Shown: in pieces, positions 26,647 through 35,684 of the stretch
Position numbering within the stretch: position 1 is the first letter of the stretch
How the letters are laid out: each line of letters opens with the position of its first letter
From: Phycisphaerales bacterium
Lineage (GTDB): Bacteria > Planctomycetota > Phycisphaerae > Phycisphaerales > UBA1924
Assembly: GCA_045105315.1 (NCBI GenBank)
Contig: JBGCDI010000003.1
Span: forward strand, 1,709 to 65,708
DNA: 64,000 bases
Direction of reading: 5' to 3'
Translations under genes and position numbers: made by a program
Notes under the pieces: generated by a model
What the model saw: only the letters and a program-made list of their open reading frames with translations
Told to the model about the DNA's origin: nothing
Database searches by the model: none

Positions 26647-27162
26647 CCGATGAGCATCCCTCAGACGCTTGAAGAACGACTTGAGCAGCGCCGATGAGTC
26701 GGATGCTCTAACCCCGGTCAAGATCGCTGAGCGATGGTTCAGACGCTCGTCATCACAGATCCGGTACAACGAACGGACCGCGCCCGCTTTGGGATCGTCC
26801 GCGCCGTAGATCACCCGTCCGATCCGAGCATTGACAATCAATCCCGCGCACATCACGCAAGGCTCAAGCGTGACCGCAAGTGAACAATGATTCAATCGCC
26901 AATCCTTGATGGACCGTGATGCATTGAGAATCGCGATGAACTCCGCATGACCCGCTGGGTCCTTGTCACACTCGCGTGTGTTGGACCCTTCTCCAAGCAC
27001 CACCCCGGTCTCGGTTTCATACACCACCGCGCCGACCGGAACCTCACCAAGTTCCCCAGCTTGCTGCGCAAGCACGAGCGCCCGTTCCATCATCTGGATA
27101 TCGAGTTCGCTCGCAGACTCTGACGATTGATCAGCTTGAGGATTGTTCGCGTGCCCGTCCAT
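26635..27162 (-). CDS. tadA: tRNA adenosine(34) deaminase
   Basis: 175 aa with the CDA zinc motifs HAEFIAI and PCVMCAG. The start overlaps the tatC stop. Confidence 0.9.
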   Translation of the reverse strand: MDGHANNPQADQSSESASELDIQMMERALVLAQQAGELGEVPVGAVVYETETGVVLGEGSNTRECDKDPAGHAEFIAILNASRSIKDWRLNHCSLAVTLEPCVMCAGLIVNARIGRVIYGADDPKAGAVRSLYRICDDERLNHRSAILTGVRASDSSALLKSFFKRLRDAHRESK

Positions 27163-28301
27163 CAGATCTGCTCGTCGTCTCTTGTGACCGCGCTCAGATC
27201 TTGCTGAGACCTCAGATCCTTGTCCGCGTCTCCGATGACCCGAGAAATCGGGAACACCCGCAAGATCGCGAGTCCAAGCTCATAGAGCGCGTAGAGCGGA
27301 CCCGCAAGCAGCAGCATCGAGAGCGGATCAGCGGGAGTCAACAACGCACCAAGCACCGCACACACCGCGATCGCGTGCTTGCGGTATTTACCCATCGCTC
27401 GCGGATCAAGCAGCCCGACCCACCCAAGCATCACCACAACCACTGGAGTCTGGAACGCAATCCCAAACGCGAGCCCCATATTCAGGACCGCTTTGATGTA
27501 CTCGCTGATGCGGTATTGCTGAATGATCCCGATATCGGTGGTCAGCTGAATGGTGCGGATGATGGGTGATTGGTCCGAAGGGTTGATCCCGATCACGACG
27601 CGCTGCTGCATGAGCGATTCATTGATCCAGGTCATCCCAATGGTTGCGATTTCTGGGTCTGCATCAAGGATCGGGATCGTTGGGAGGATCATCCCATCAG
27701 GGATCGGGGCTGTTGCTATGACAGGATTCCCCGAAACGCTCGATCCATACCCGATGAAGAACGAGAGAATGACCGGGAGAATCACAAAGTACAAGAACAG
27801 CATGCTCAGCACAGTCAGCAGCGCCGAAAACGGGATCAGTAAGTACACAACCTTCCGCTCATGCTTGTACAGACCAGGCGATACAAACTTCCACAAATGA
27901 TACAAAATCCAAGGCGATCCGATCAGCAAAGTCACCACAATCGCAAGATGTACTACCGTCCCGAAGGTTTCAAATGGTCCCGTCGCAAGAAGCGATGACC
28001 CCTGCCCTCCATCGAGCAGTTTATTGCGAGCTGGGGTAATCAGCAGGTTCAAAAGCCATCGCCCCGAAGCAAACGCGATCACAAAGATCGGGATAACACC
28101 GATTAACGCAAAGAAAACCCGCTTTCTGAGGTCTTCGAGATGATCACCAAGCGACATGATCGAATCCGGTTCCTCGACCCGTCCCGGGATCTTGCTCGCG
28201 GTCTTGATCTGGTGCCCAGATCCACCCCGATGACCAGATTGCTGTTCAGATTGCTGTCTAGAACTTGGGCTATCAGGTTGTGAAGAATCGAATTCGCTCA
28301 T
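27162..28301 (-). CDS. tatC: twin-arginine translocase subunit TatC (extended form)
   Basis: The canonical opening MSLGDHLEDLRKRVFFALIG lies at the Met at 28157, after a ~48-aa Q/S-rich extension. Multi-TM pattern with a ~85-aa loop insertion. Confidence 0.85.
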   Translation of the reverse strand: MSEFDSSQPDSPSSRQQSEQQSGHRGGSGHQIKTASKIPGRVEEPDSIMSLGDHLEDLRKRVFFALIGVIPIFVIAFASGRWLLNLLITPARNKLLDGGQGSSLLATGPFETFGTVVHLAIVVTLLIGSPWILYHLWKFVSPGLYKHERKVVYLLIPFSALLTVLSMLFLYFVILPVILSFFIGYGSSVSGNPVIATAPIPDGMILPTIPILDADPEIATIGMTWINESLMQQRVVIGINPSDQSPIIRTIQLTTDIGIIQQYRISEYIKAVLNMGLAFGIAFQTPVVVVMLGWVGLLDPRAMGKYRKHAIAVCAVLGALLTPADPLSMLLLAGPLYALYELGLAILRVFPISRVIGDADKDLRSQQDLSAVTRDDEQI

Positions 28302-28442
28302 ATGGATGCAACTCTAGGGGCTCCTCACCCAGTAATACTGTCTGAGACCGATGGATCAGTTCTGGACCTATGGGATATTCAATTTCAGTTATCGGCAGAA
28401 TTGATTGATAATTCTGACAAGATCATGACTGCTCGCTCGCTA

Positions 28443-28466
28443 TGAACCATCCAGTAACACAGTCGT
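28443..28466 (+). promoter_or_regulatory. possible ECF-type promoter (GAAC-N16-CGT) upstream of the sigma gene
   Basis: tGAACcatccagtaacacagtCGTgg lies ~40 nt upstream of the GTG start at 28506. This is pattern match only. Confidence 0.25.
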
Positions 28467-28505
28467 GGTCCGGTGGAATGACACCAAGAAGGGGATTGCA
28501 GGGTC

Positions 28506-29246
28506 GTGAATCAAGGAAGTGAACCGACATCAGGGAATGAAACTGCTGGGAATGGACCGGGTACCGACCAGGCCCATACTGCTCAGCAGTTTCTGGATCA
28601 ATCGCTCCCAGTCCAAGCAGCAATCGCGGGACACAGCGATGCCCTCTCGCAGGTTTGGGTCGGGGTGCGCCGTTGGGTCGCTGCGATCCTGATCGCTCAT
28701 AAACCCCGCGAAGCAGATCTGGAGGATCTCTTGCAACTCGTCGCGTTACAACTCTGCAGAAAGATCCATGAGGTGCGGGACCCGGCGCTCTTTAAGCCTT
28801 GGCTGCGGACCGTCACGATTAACATCGCGCGAGAGCAGGGACGCAAGGTTTCAAGAAAGCGCGTCGGGATGCTCAAACTTGTTGGTAGACACAAAGCAGA
28901 AACCACAAAAAAAGAAATCCCCACCCAGATCGGGAACATGATGCTCTCAGAAGACGCAACACGAGTTCTGGACGCAGCCCTCTCGCTTCCAGAAAAATAC
29001 CGCGAGCCCGTCTTGATGCGTTGCCAGCAGTCCATGAGCTACAAGCAGATCGCCCAGGTGCTCTCGCTGCCAGAAACAACAATCGAAACACGCATCGCGC
29101 GAGGACGCAAGATGCTCAGACAAGCGATTGAACTCCAAAAAGAAAATCAGCAACAGAATCAATCTGATCTAAACCAATCTGATCTAAACAGTTCCCAACA
29201 CGCAGATACACACGCCCGGCTGAGCCGTGCAGGAGGTGTGCGATGA
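28506..29246 (+). CDS. ECF-family RNA polymerase sigma factor
   Basis: GTG start. Region 2 LEDLLQLVALQL...FKPWLRTVTINIAREQGRK. Region 4 LPEKYREPVLMRCQQSMSYKQIAQVLSLPETTIETRIARGRKMLRQ. Confidence 0.8.
   Translation: MNQGSEPTSGNETAGNGPGTDQAHTAQQFLDQSLPVQAAIAGHSDALSQVWVGVRRWVAAILIAHKPREADLEDLLQLVALQLCRKIHEVRDPALFKPWLRTVTINIAREQGRKVSRKRVGMLKLVGRHKAETTKKEIPTQIGNMMLSEDATRVLDAALSLPEKYREPVLMRCQQSMSYKQIAQVLSLPETTIETRIARGRKMLRQAIELQKENQQQNQSDLNQSDLNSSQHADTHARLSRAGGVR
29160..29189 (+). repeat. perfect in-frame 15-bp tandem duplication (QSDLN x2) in the sigma-factor tail
   Basis: caatctgatctaaac occurs twice back to back. Confidence 0.8.
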
Positions 29247-29938
29247 CCGAAGATAAAAACACTCCCCACACAACACATTCCAACCCAGTCACTCCCCACG
29301 ACGCACACCTGCGTGACTTGTTGATATCCCGGGTCATCGATGGTTCCGCAAGCGCGCAAGACTGGTCGTCTTTCCGATCACTCGCAGCAACCGACCCAGA
29401 AGTCTGGACAGAACTCGGTAATGCCCAGCAAGAACACGAAGCGCTCTGTGAAGTCATGTACGCAGCTTCAAACATCGCAGACTGCGTAGATCTCCCCGGA
29501 GGTTCAGGATCTCCGATGGTCTTTGAAAGCAGAGTCAGTGCCGCGACCCGGTGGGGGGGATGGGCGATCGCTGCGGTTCTGGCGCTCGGATGGTTTACCG
29601 GTGCGATCTCCTGGAACCAGAACACCAACAACGGGCTCACTCAGCCTGGTCCCGCAACTGCGAGCATGATCCCGCTTACCCAAGCCAACACCGACGAAGC
29701 GTTCGGACAATACCTCAACGCAGGACAATCCAGCGGACGCGTCGTCGGAGAAATGCCCGATCAGATCGTCGTCGAAACCCGTCCACAAGAAGACGGCACA
29801 ATCGAGGTCATCTTCCTGCGCCAGATCATCGAACGCAAAGTCCTTAACCGTGCGTACCGCGAAACAGTTGATGAGTTCGGAAACCGGGTCGTGATCCCGG
29901 TAGACCTCTCCGGTCTCCGCACCCAGAACTCATACTAA
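29243..29938 (+). CDS. putative anti-sigma factor (single-pass membrane protein)
   Basis: ATGA overlap with the sigma gene. It has a cytoplasmic N-terminal domain, one TM helix (WGGWAIAAVLALGWFTGAI) and a periplasmic C-terminal domain. Confidence 0.5.
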   Translation: MTEDKNTPHTTHSNPVTPHDAHLRDLLISRVIDGSASAQDWSSFRSLAATDPEVWTELGNAQQEHEALCEVMYAASNIADCVDLPGGSGSPMVFESRVSAATRWGGWAIAAVLALGWFTGAISWNQNTNNGLTQPGPATASMIPLTQANTDEAFGQYLNAGQSSGRVVGEMPDQIVVETRPQEDGTIEVIFLRQIIERKVLNRAYRETVDEFGNRVVIPVDLSGLRTQNSY

Positions 29939-30084
29939 TACATTGGTGTACACGATCCCATCAATGACCATAACCAGCAACTAATTCTGTAATTCTTCTT
30001 CGATCCATGACAGATGAACTTGAAGAGCGCATCTAGTACAGCAGAACCACAACCCATACACAACAGCTTGAACGGAGATTACTT

Positions 30085-31551
30085 ATGAAACGAACACTCA
30101 CCACCACACTAACAACCGTCGCGGTGCTCTCAGCACTGACTGGATCAGCATTGAGCATGGCCCAGATCGACAACTCACATGCGGACAACCACTCTGAAAG
30201 TCATTCAGATAACCAGGTCGAAGGCTTTGTCTTTGAAAAGGCAGCACACCCGCACGACCACGACTCCAACACAACTACACACAACTCATGGACACAAACA
30301 GTCAGCGATGGCACCCATGTCTACAAACTCACAATGCACGGCGATGACTACACAGTCATCGTCGACGGGAAAGAAATCCCAAAGTCACAAATCAACAAAG
30401 AAGGCACAACATTCATCGTGTCCAACGCTGATGGTGAAGTGATTCACACCTTTGAAAACTACAAGAACGCACAGACACCAACAACCCCTTGGAAAGTCAA
30501 TGCGTTTCCCAGCGGCGCAGTGGGTGCGATCGGTGGTGCGGGTGTAAGCGGTCGCAACTTTGAAATCGTGATCAACACTGATGATGAAGATGGATTCGCA
30601 CACCAAGCACTCGTCACCGGTGTCCAGTCCAAGCCCAAAGTGATGCTCGGGATCTACTCTGGAGAGCCTTCAGAATCCCTCCGCGAACAGCTTGGAATCG
30701 AGAACGATGCACTCCTAGTCGAGCGAGTGATCAAAGGATTGTCAGCTGATAAAGCGGGCATCAAAGATCACGACATCATCATCTCGATCGACGGGTCAAA
30801 GGGCATGACCTCAAGCGACCTGACCAAACTGCTCACCAAACACACACCAGGCGATGAAATCAAAGTCGTCGTCATCCGCAACGGTAAAGAAATCAAACTC
30901 GCAACCAAACTCCTCGCATACGACGCTGGAGCACTCGGTCATAGCTTCCCATCAGGTGGAGCAACAAGCATCTGGAATAATGATGGTAATCTTCCCGGAA
31001 GAATCATCACCGACTCCGATACCAACAGCTTCTTCAGCAGAAGCGCCGGAAGCAAAGCGCACGAAAGCATCCTCAAAGCACTCCGCGAGAACGGCATCGA
31101 CGAAGATCAGATCAAAGCAATCGAGAAACAAATCCAAGAATCACTGGGTGCCAATGCTTGGTCACTCTTCAGTGATGACGGGCAAGGAGATATCGTCGAG
31201 TTCGATATGGATAATCAAACCAACGATGCACGCAGGGTCATCGTTGAACGACGATTCGCTGAAAACATGCAACGCAAAGCTGAGCAAGCGGCTCGTGAAG
31301 TTGAGCGTATGACCATGGAATACAGAGACGGTCAGCTCCTGCTCAAACGACAAAGCAAAGGACTCGAAGATCAGCTCAGCAAGCTCCAAGGCATGGTCGA
31401 CTCAGCAATGCCTGAGATCGAAGAAGAGTTTGAAGATCGCATCGAAGTTCTTGAAGAACGCTTTGAAAGACTCGAAGATGCGCTTGAAGAACGGATGGAT
31501 AGTCTTTCCTCACTCATCGAGCGCCTCATCGATCGCTTAGACGACAACTAA
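30085..31551 (+). CDS. secreted PDZ-domain protein with His-rich N-terminal region and acidic coiled-coil C-terminus
   Basis: Signal peptide. HADNHSESHSDNQ...HPHDHD. PDZ segment GIENDALLVERVIKGLSADKAGIKDHDIIISIDG...GDEIKVVVIRNGKEIKL. Tail EIEEEFEDRIEVLEERFERLEDALEERM. Confidence 0.7.
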   Translation: MKRTLTTTLTTVAVLSALTGSALSMAQIDNSHADNHSESHSDNQVEGFVFEKAAHPHDHDSNTTTHNSWTQTVSDGTHVYKLTMHGDDYTVIVDGKEIPKSQINKEGTTFIVSNADGEVIHTFENYKNAQTPTTPWKVNAFPSGAVGAIGGAGVSGRNFEIVINTDDEDGFAHQALVTGVQSKPKVMLGIYSGEPSESLREQLGIENDALLVERVIKGLSADKAGIKDHDIIISIDGSKGMTSSDLTKLLTKHTPGDEIKVVVIRNGKEIKLATKLLAYDAGALGHSFPSGGATSIWNNDGNLPGRIITDSDTNSFFSRSAGSKAHESILKALRENGIDEDQIKAIEKQIQESLGANAWSLFSDDGQGDIVEFDMDNQTNDARRVIVERRFAENMQRKAEQAAREVERMTMEYRDGQLLLKRQSKGLEDQLSKLQGMVDSAMPEIEEEFEDRIEVLEERFERLEDALEERMDSLSSLIERLIDRLDDN

Positions 31552-31866
31552 TCTGCGATCCTGAGACCAAACCAATGCGCTGGATCTACATCAAGCGATG
31601 CGTTTCTTAAGTCTGGTATGCACAAAAGACCCCAGAAACGCAGGTCCAATATCCAGATCATGTTGAGAACAAGTTTACAGCATATTCAGAATCTGTAAAA
31701 GAGCAAACAATTGCAGAACCTGAACACGATTACCTGCACCCCGCAAGACCACCAAGCGGTACAGATCTAAGCAGGAAACTGACTGAAAGAACGATTCACA
31801 GAATCCCAATCAGTCACAGGCCGATATTCAGGCGAACATTCAGGCCGATCAATATGACCACGACGC

Positions 31867-31935
31867 CGGTTTTGCTTACGCAAAACCGTTCCCGGCGGCT
31901 GCGCGACGAGACCCCGTGCAGCCGCCACTTTTTTT
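31867..31935 (+). terminator. double hairpin plus U-tract with no ORF upstream (orphan intrinsic terminator, candidate sRNA 3' end)
   Basis: Hairpin 1: cggttttgc/gcaaaaccg (31867-31888). Hairpin 2: ggcggctgc (31894-31902) / gcagccgcc (31918-31926), followed by acttttttt. Confidence 0.55.
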
Positions 31936-32082
31936 ACACTCTTGAGCCTACTACTCAACACGCAACATACCCAAACAATCAACCTGCGTGCAAGATACCG
32001 GTATGATGATCGTCAAGCTGGAACCTTGAGCTGTTCATTTGCTCGAGTTCAGACCCGATCCGCATCCATCAGGAGCAGCCGC

Positions 32083-33183
32083 ATGAGCCAGAACGATCCG
32101 ACCGACCACGCGACCGACCACTCCTCTGCCCAATCAGGCGAAGAAATGATCGCCCTCGTCCGCGAAAGCTATGACCACCTGCGCGCCGAAATCTCCAAAG
32201 TCATCGTCGGTCAAGACGAAGTCGTCGATCAGATCCTCATGGCGATCTTCTCCAGAGGTCACGCAATGCTCGTCGGGGTCCCCGGACTCGCAAAGACGCT
32301 GGTTATTTCAACCATCGCCCAGACCATGGACCTCGGGTTCTCCCGCGTCCAGTTCACTCCCGACCTCATGCCCAGCGATATCACCGGGACCGAAGTCATC
32401 GAAGAAGACAAAGCAACCGGGAAACGAGCACTCCGGTTCGTTCAAGGCCCAATCTTCTCCAATGTCATCCTCGCAGACGAAATCAACCGCACCCCTCCAA
32501 AGACCCAAGCTGCGCTCCTCGAAGCGATGCAAGAACGACAAGTCACCGCAGGCGGGACCAGACACACCCTCCCAGACCCGTTCTTTGTGCTCGCGACCCA
32601 GAACCCGCTCGAGCAAGAAGGCACCTACCCCCTCCCCGAAGCTCAGCTCGACAGATTCATGTTCCAGATTCTGGTTCAGTATCCGACCGAAGCAGAGGAA
32701 CTCGAAGTCATCAAACGCAGCGCCACCAAGGGCGAGCAAACCGTTCAATCCGTGATCGATGCCAAACGCATCCTCGAAATTCAGCAGATCATCAAGCACA
32801 CCCCGGTCCCCGATCATGTGTGCCGATACGCATTGCGTCTGGTTCGCGCGACCCGTGTCAACGACGCATCCTCATCCACTCAACTCCCCGACGCGGTCCG
32901 CGATTATGTATCGTGGGGAGCTGGACCCCGCGCGAGTGAAGCGCTGGTCCACGCTGCCAAAGCCCACGCGATGCTCGTTGGGGACGGGCTGGTGACGGTC
33001 GAGACCATCCGCGCGATCGCAATGCCCGTTCTCAGACACCGAGTTGTGCTCAACTTCAACGCCCAAGCTGATCAGGTCACTCCTGAAATGGTGATCAACA
33101 ACCTGCTTGAATCCATCCCAGCAGATGGGCTCGATGACCAATCTCGTGCCCAGGTTCGCTCAATGATCGATTCAGGCAGCTAA
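32083..33183 (+). CDS. MoxR-family AAA+ ATPase
   Basis: The Met at 32083 is preceded by aggag. Walker A GVPGLAKT, Walker B ILADEINR. MoxR pattern LEAMQERQVT and FFVLATQNPLEQEGTYPLPEAQLDRF. Confidence 0.9.
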   Translation: MSQNDPTDHATDHSSAQSGEEMIALVRESYDHLRAEISKVIVGQDEVVDQILMAIFSRGHAMLVGVPGLAKTLVISTIAQTMDLGFSRVQFTPDLMPSDITGTEVIEEDKATGKRALRFVQGPIFSNVILADEINRTPPKTQAALLEAMQERQVTAGGTRHTLPDPFFVLATQNPLEQEGTYPLPEAQLDRFMFQILVQYPTEAEELEVIKRSATKGEQTVQSVIDAKRILEIQQIIKHTPVPDHVCRYALRLVRATRVNDASSSTQLPDAVRDYVSWGAGPRASEALVHAAKAHAMLVGDGLVTVETIRAIAMPVLRHRVVLNFNAQADQVTPEMVINNLLESIPADGLDDQSRAQVRSMIDSGS

Positions 33184-33315
33184 ACAGAGCCAAAACGATC
33201 GGATCTCTACGCAGGTACCCAAAGCGGACCATTTTTGCACTAGTTGTTTACACCCATACCGTAGAATCATTCCATTTTGTCCAGTATCAGCTTGTTGTGC
33301 AAGTTTGAATGCCGT

Positions 33316-33336
33316 ATTGTGAAGATTGTTCACAAT
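33316..33336. promoter_or_regulatory. 8-bp-arm palindrome upstream of the rrf2 gene (candidate operator)
   Basis: ATTGTGAA-gattg-TTCACAAT lies 28 nt upstream of the TTG start at 33364. Confidence 0.4.
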
Positions 33337-33363
33337 TCCGGGCTTTAAGATACGGAGGTCCGT

Positions 33364-33825
33364 TTGCTTTCACAAACCACAGAATATGCGCTGCGAGCAA
33401 CCATTTGTCTCGCCTATGCCCCGGACCGGTTGGTCTCGACTTCCGAGCTTGCGGACCAGACCAAGGTCCCGATGAACTACCTCGCAAAGGTTCTTCAGCT
33501 CCTTGCCCGCGCCGAGATAGTCACCGGCAGACGAGGGGTTGGTGGCGGCTACAAACTCACCAAGACCGCTTCTGAGATCTCGATGCTCGATGTCATCGAC
33601 GCGATCGACCCGATCCGCAGGATTACCTCCTGCCCTCTCAGTCTTGACAACCACTCAGGCGCCCTGTGTCCGCTCCACCGAACCCTGGACACCACCATCA
33701 GCATGATGATCAAGCAGTTCACCGGAATTACCCTCGCAGACCTCATCGGAGAACGCGGGGAGAGCAAACCACTGTGTGACAAAGAAATGACCGCAAAGGT
33801 CGAGCTCACACTCGGCGGCCTCTAG
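33364..33825 (+). CDS. Rrf2-family transcriptional regulator
   Basis: TTG start. LSQTTEYALRATICLAY...STSELADQTKVPMNYLAKVLQLLARAEIVTGRRGVGGGYKL. Cys residues at ITSCP...ALCP are possible Fe-S ligands. Confidence 0.85.
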   Translation: MLSQTTEYALRATICLAYAPDRLVSTSELADQTKVPMNYLAKVLQLLARAEIVTGRRGVGGGYKLTKTASEISMLDVIDAIDPIRRITSCPLSLDNHSGALCPLHRTLDTTISMMIKQFTGITLADLIGERGESKPLCDKEMTAKVELTLGGL

Positions 33826-33847
33826 TCCAGTCAAAATCCCATTAACG

Positions 33848-33873
33848 GCCATGTCATAAAGCCATGTCATAAA
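33848..33873. repeat. perfect 13-bp tandem duplication between rrf2 and lysS
   Basis: gccatgtcataaa occurs twice back to back. Confidence 0.8.
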
Positions 33874-33930
33874 TCGTTCCCAAGAACACCGCCCCAAGAT
33901 CAATCGCGGTTCTTTGGGTACGATCCTCTG

Positions 33931-35610
33931 ATGACTGAAAACACCACACTCAACACCGATTCTGCTCCAAGCGATCCCGCATCATCCTCCGGCGATGCTC
34001 AGCCGCAAGACTTGCACCGACTCGAGCTTCAACGACGCGCCAATCGTGATGAAATCGCTCAACTCGGCCTGCTCCCCTACGGCCAGCGCACCGACGACCT
34101 CCTGCTCCTCCAAGACGCGCACAATGCGTTTGATGAAGCAGCCGACACCGAAAACAAAGAATCCACCCAAGCACGCAAAGCAGCCAAACGTGAAGATCCT
34201 CAAGCAGATGAATCAACGCTTCCTTCGATCGTTGATGAGCGCCCTCGCGTAAAGATCGCGGGACGCGTCGTGCTCGCTCGTGACAACGGCAAACTCATCT
34301 GGCTCAACCTCCGCGATCACACACGCGAGACTTTCCAAGTCGCGGTCTCCAAACGCGACTGCGATGAGCTCGGTTTCGCGCTGGCCAAGAAGCTCGATGT
34401 CGGTGATATTGTCATCGCGACGGGACCACTCACCAAAACCAATACAGGCGAGATCACCTGCTGGGCAGATACTCTCCTGCCCGCAAGCAAGTGCTTGATC
34501 CCACCCCCCGAAAAGCACGCAGGCCTCACCGACACCGAGCTCCGGTATCGTCAGCGCTATCTTGACATGTGGGTCAATCCAGAAACTACACAGGTGTTTA
34601 TGCTGCGCTCAAAGATGATGCAGCGACTCCGGAGTTATCTCGACAACCAAAGCTTTGTCGAGGTCGATACACCTGTCCTCCAAACCCAAGCGGGCGGCGC
34701 TGCGGCGCGTCCGTTCTTTACCCATATGAATGCGCTGGGTATTGATCTGTCGCTGCGCATCGCGCCCGAGCTCTTCCTCAAGCGATTGCTTGTGGGCGGG
34801 ATGCCTCGGGTGTACGAAGTCAGCAGAAACTTCCGCAACGAAGGGCTCGACAAATCTCATAATCCCGAGTTCACGAGTTTAGAACTCTACCAAGCATTCG
34901 GGAACTACGAAACCATGCGCGAGATCACCGAAGGGTTGATCCGCGAACTCGCGATTGTTGCAGCTGACGAAACCGGGAACGATCCCAAAGCGATGCCCTT
35001 CGGAGATCTCGCAATCAACTATGCCGATGAGTTCGCTCGCGTGACCTACCGCGATCTCTACAAGCAAGCACTCGGATTTGAGATCGATGATATAGAGCAA
35101 GCACGCGCCCAAGCAGCAAAGCGCCATATCAAAACCAAATCCGAAGACGGCACTCCGATCGCTGACATCTTCATCATCAACGAACTCTTCGAAGATGTTG
35201 CTGAGCCTTTGATCGATCCGGCAAAGCCAACCTTCGTGCTGGACTATCCCGCGGCGCTCTCGCCCCTCACCAGACCCAAAGCCGACACCCTCAACGATCC
35301 GGTCCCGCTCGCAGAACGATGGGATATCTTCATCGGAGGCATGGAAATCGGCCCCGCATACACCGAACTCAATGACCCCGACATCCAAGAAGCAAAGTTC
35401 CGCGAACAACTCGCGGGTGTCGATGACGAAGAATCAACCTTCCGCAACTTCGATGAAGACTTCATCAACGCACTCAAAGTAGGCATGCCCCCAGCAGGAG
35501 GCATGGGCCTAGGTATCGATCGTCTGGTGATGCTCATGAGCAACTCGCGCACCATCCGCGATGTGCTCCCATTCCCAATGATGCGTCCGTTGCCAAACCA
35601 GTCCTCGTAG
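33931..35610 (+). CDS. lysS: lysine--tRNA ligase (class II)
   Basis: 559 aa. Motif 2 region YEVSRNFRNEG, motif 3 GGMGLGIDRLVMLM. The OB-fold N-domain is preceded by an acidic extension. Confidence 0.92.
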   Translation: MTENTTLNTDSAPSDPASSSGDAQPQDLHRLELQRRANRDEIAQLGLLPYGQRTDDLLLLQDAHNAFDEAADTENKESTQARKAAKREDPQADESTLPSIVDERPRVKIAGRVVLARDNGKLIWLNLRDHTRETFQVAVSKRDCDELGFALAKKLDVGDIVIATGPLTKTNTGEITCWADTLLPASKCLIPPPEKHAGLTDTELRYRQRYLDMWVNPETTQVFMLRSKMMQRLRSYLDNQSFVEVDTPVLQTQAGGAAARPFFTHMNALGIDLSLRIAPELFLKRLLVGGMPRVYEVSRNFRNEGLDKSHNPEFTSLELYQAFGNYETMREITEGLIRELAIVAADETGNDPKAMPFGDLAINYADEFARVTYRDLYKQALGFEIDDIEQARAQAAKRHIKTKSEDGTPIADIFIINELFEDVAEPLIDPAKPTFVLDYPAALSPLTRPKADTLNDPVPLAERWDIFIGGMEIGPAYTELNDPDIQEAKFREQLAGVDDEESTFRNFDEDFINALKVGMPPAGGMGLGIDRLVMLMSNSRTIRDVLPFPMMRPLPNQSS

Positions 35611-35631
35611 TAGCTCCATGTAAAAAACGAT

Positions 35632-35662
35632 AAAAAAAGCCCCAGCATCTTGCTGGGGCTTT
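35632..35662. terminator. bidirectional hairpin terminator between the convergent lysS and 35685..36761 genes
   Basis: aaagccccagca / tgctggggcttt flanked by an A-run (35632-35638). The T-tract is on the minus strand. Confidence 0.6.
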
Positions 35663-35684
35663 CACATATATATTCTTGATGAAC

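Noticed and set aside
32083-33183. MoxR AAA+ ATPase as part of a defence or VWA-partnered system
   Set aside because: There is no adjacent VWA or DUF58 partner, nuclease or other defence-type gene. The neighbours are an Rrf2 regulator and lysS. I treat it as a housekeeping chaperone-like ATPase.
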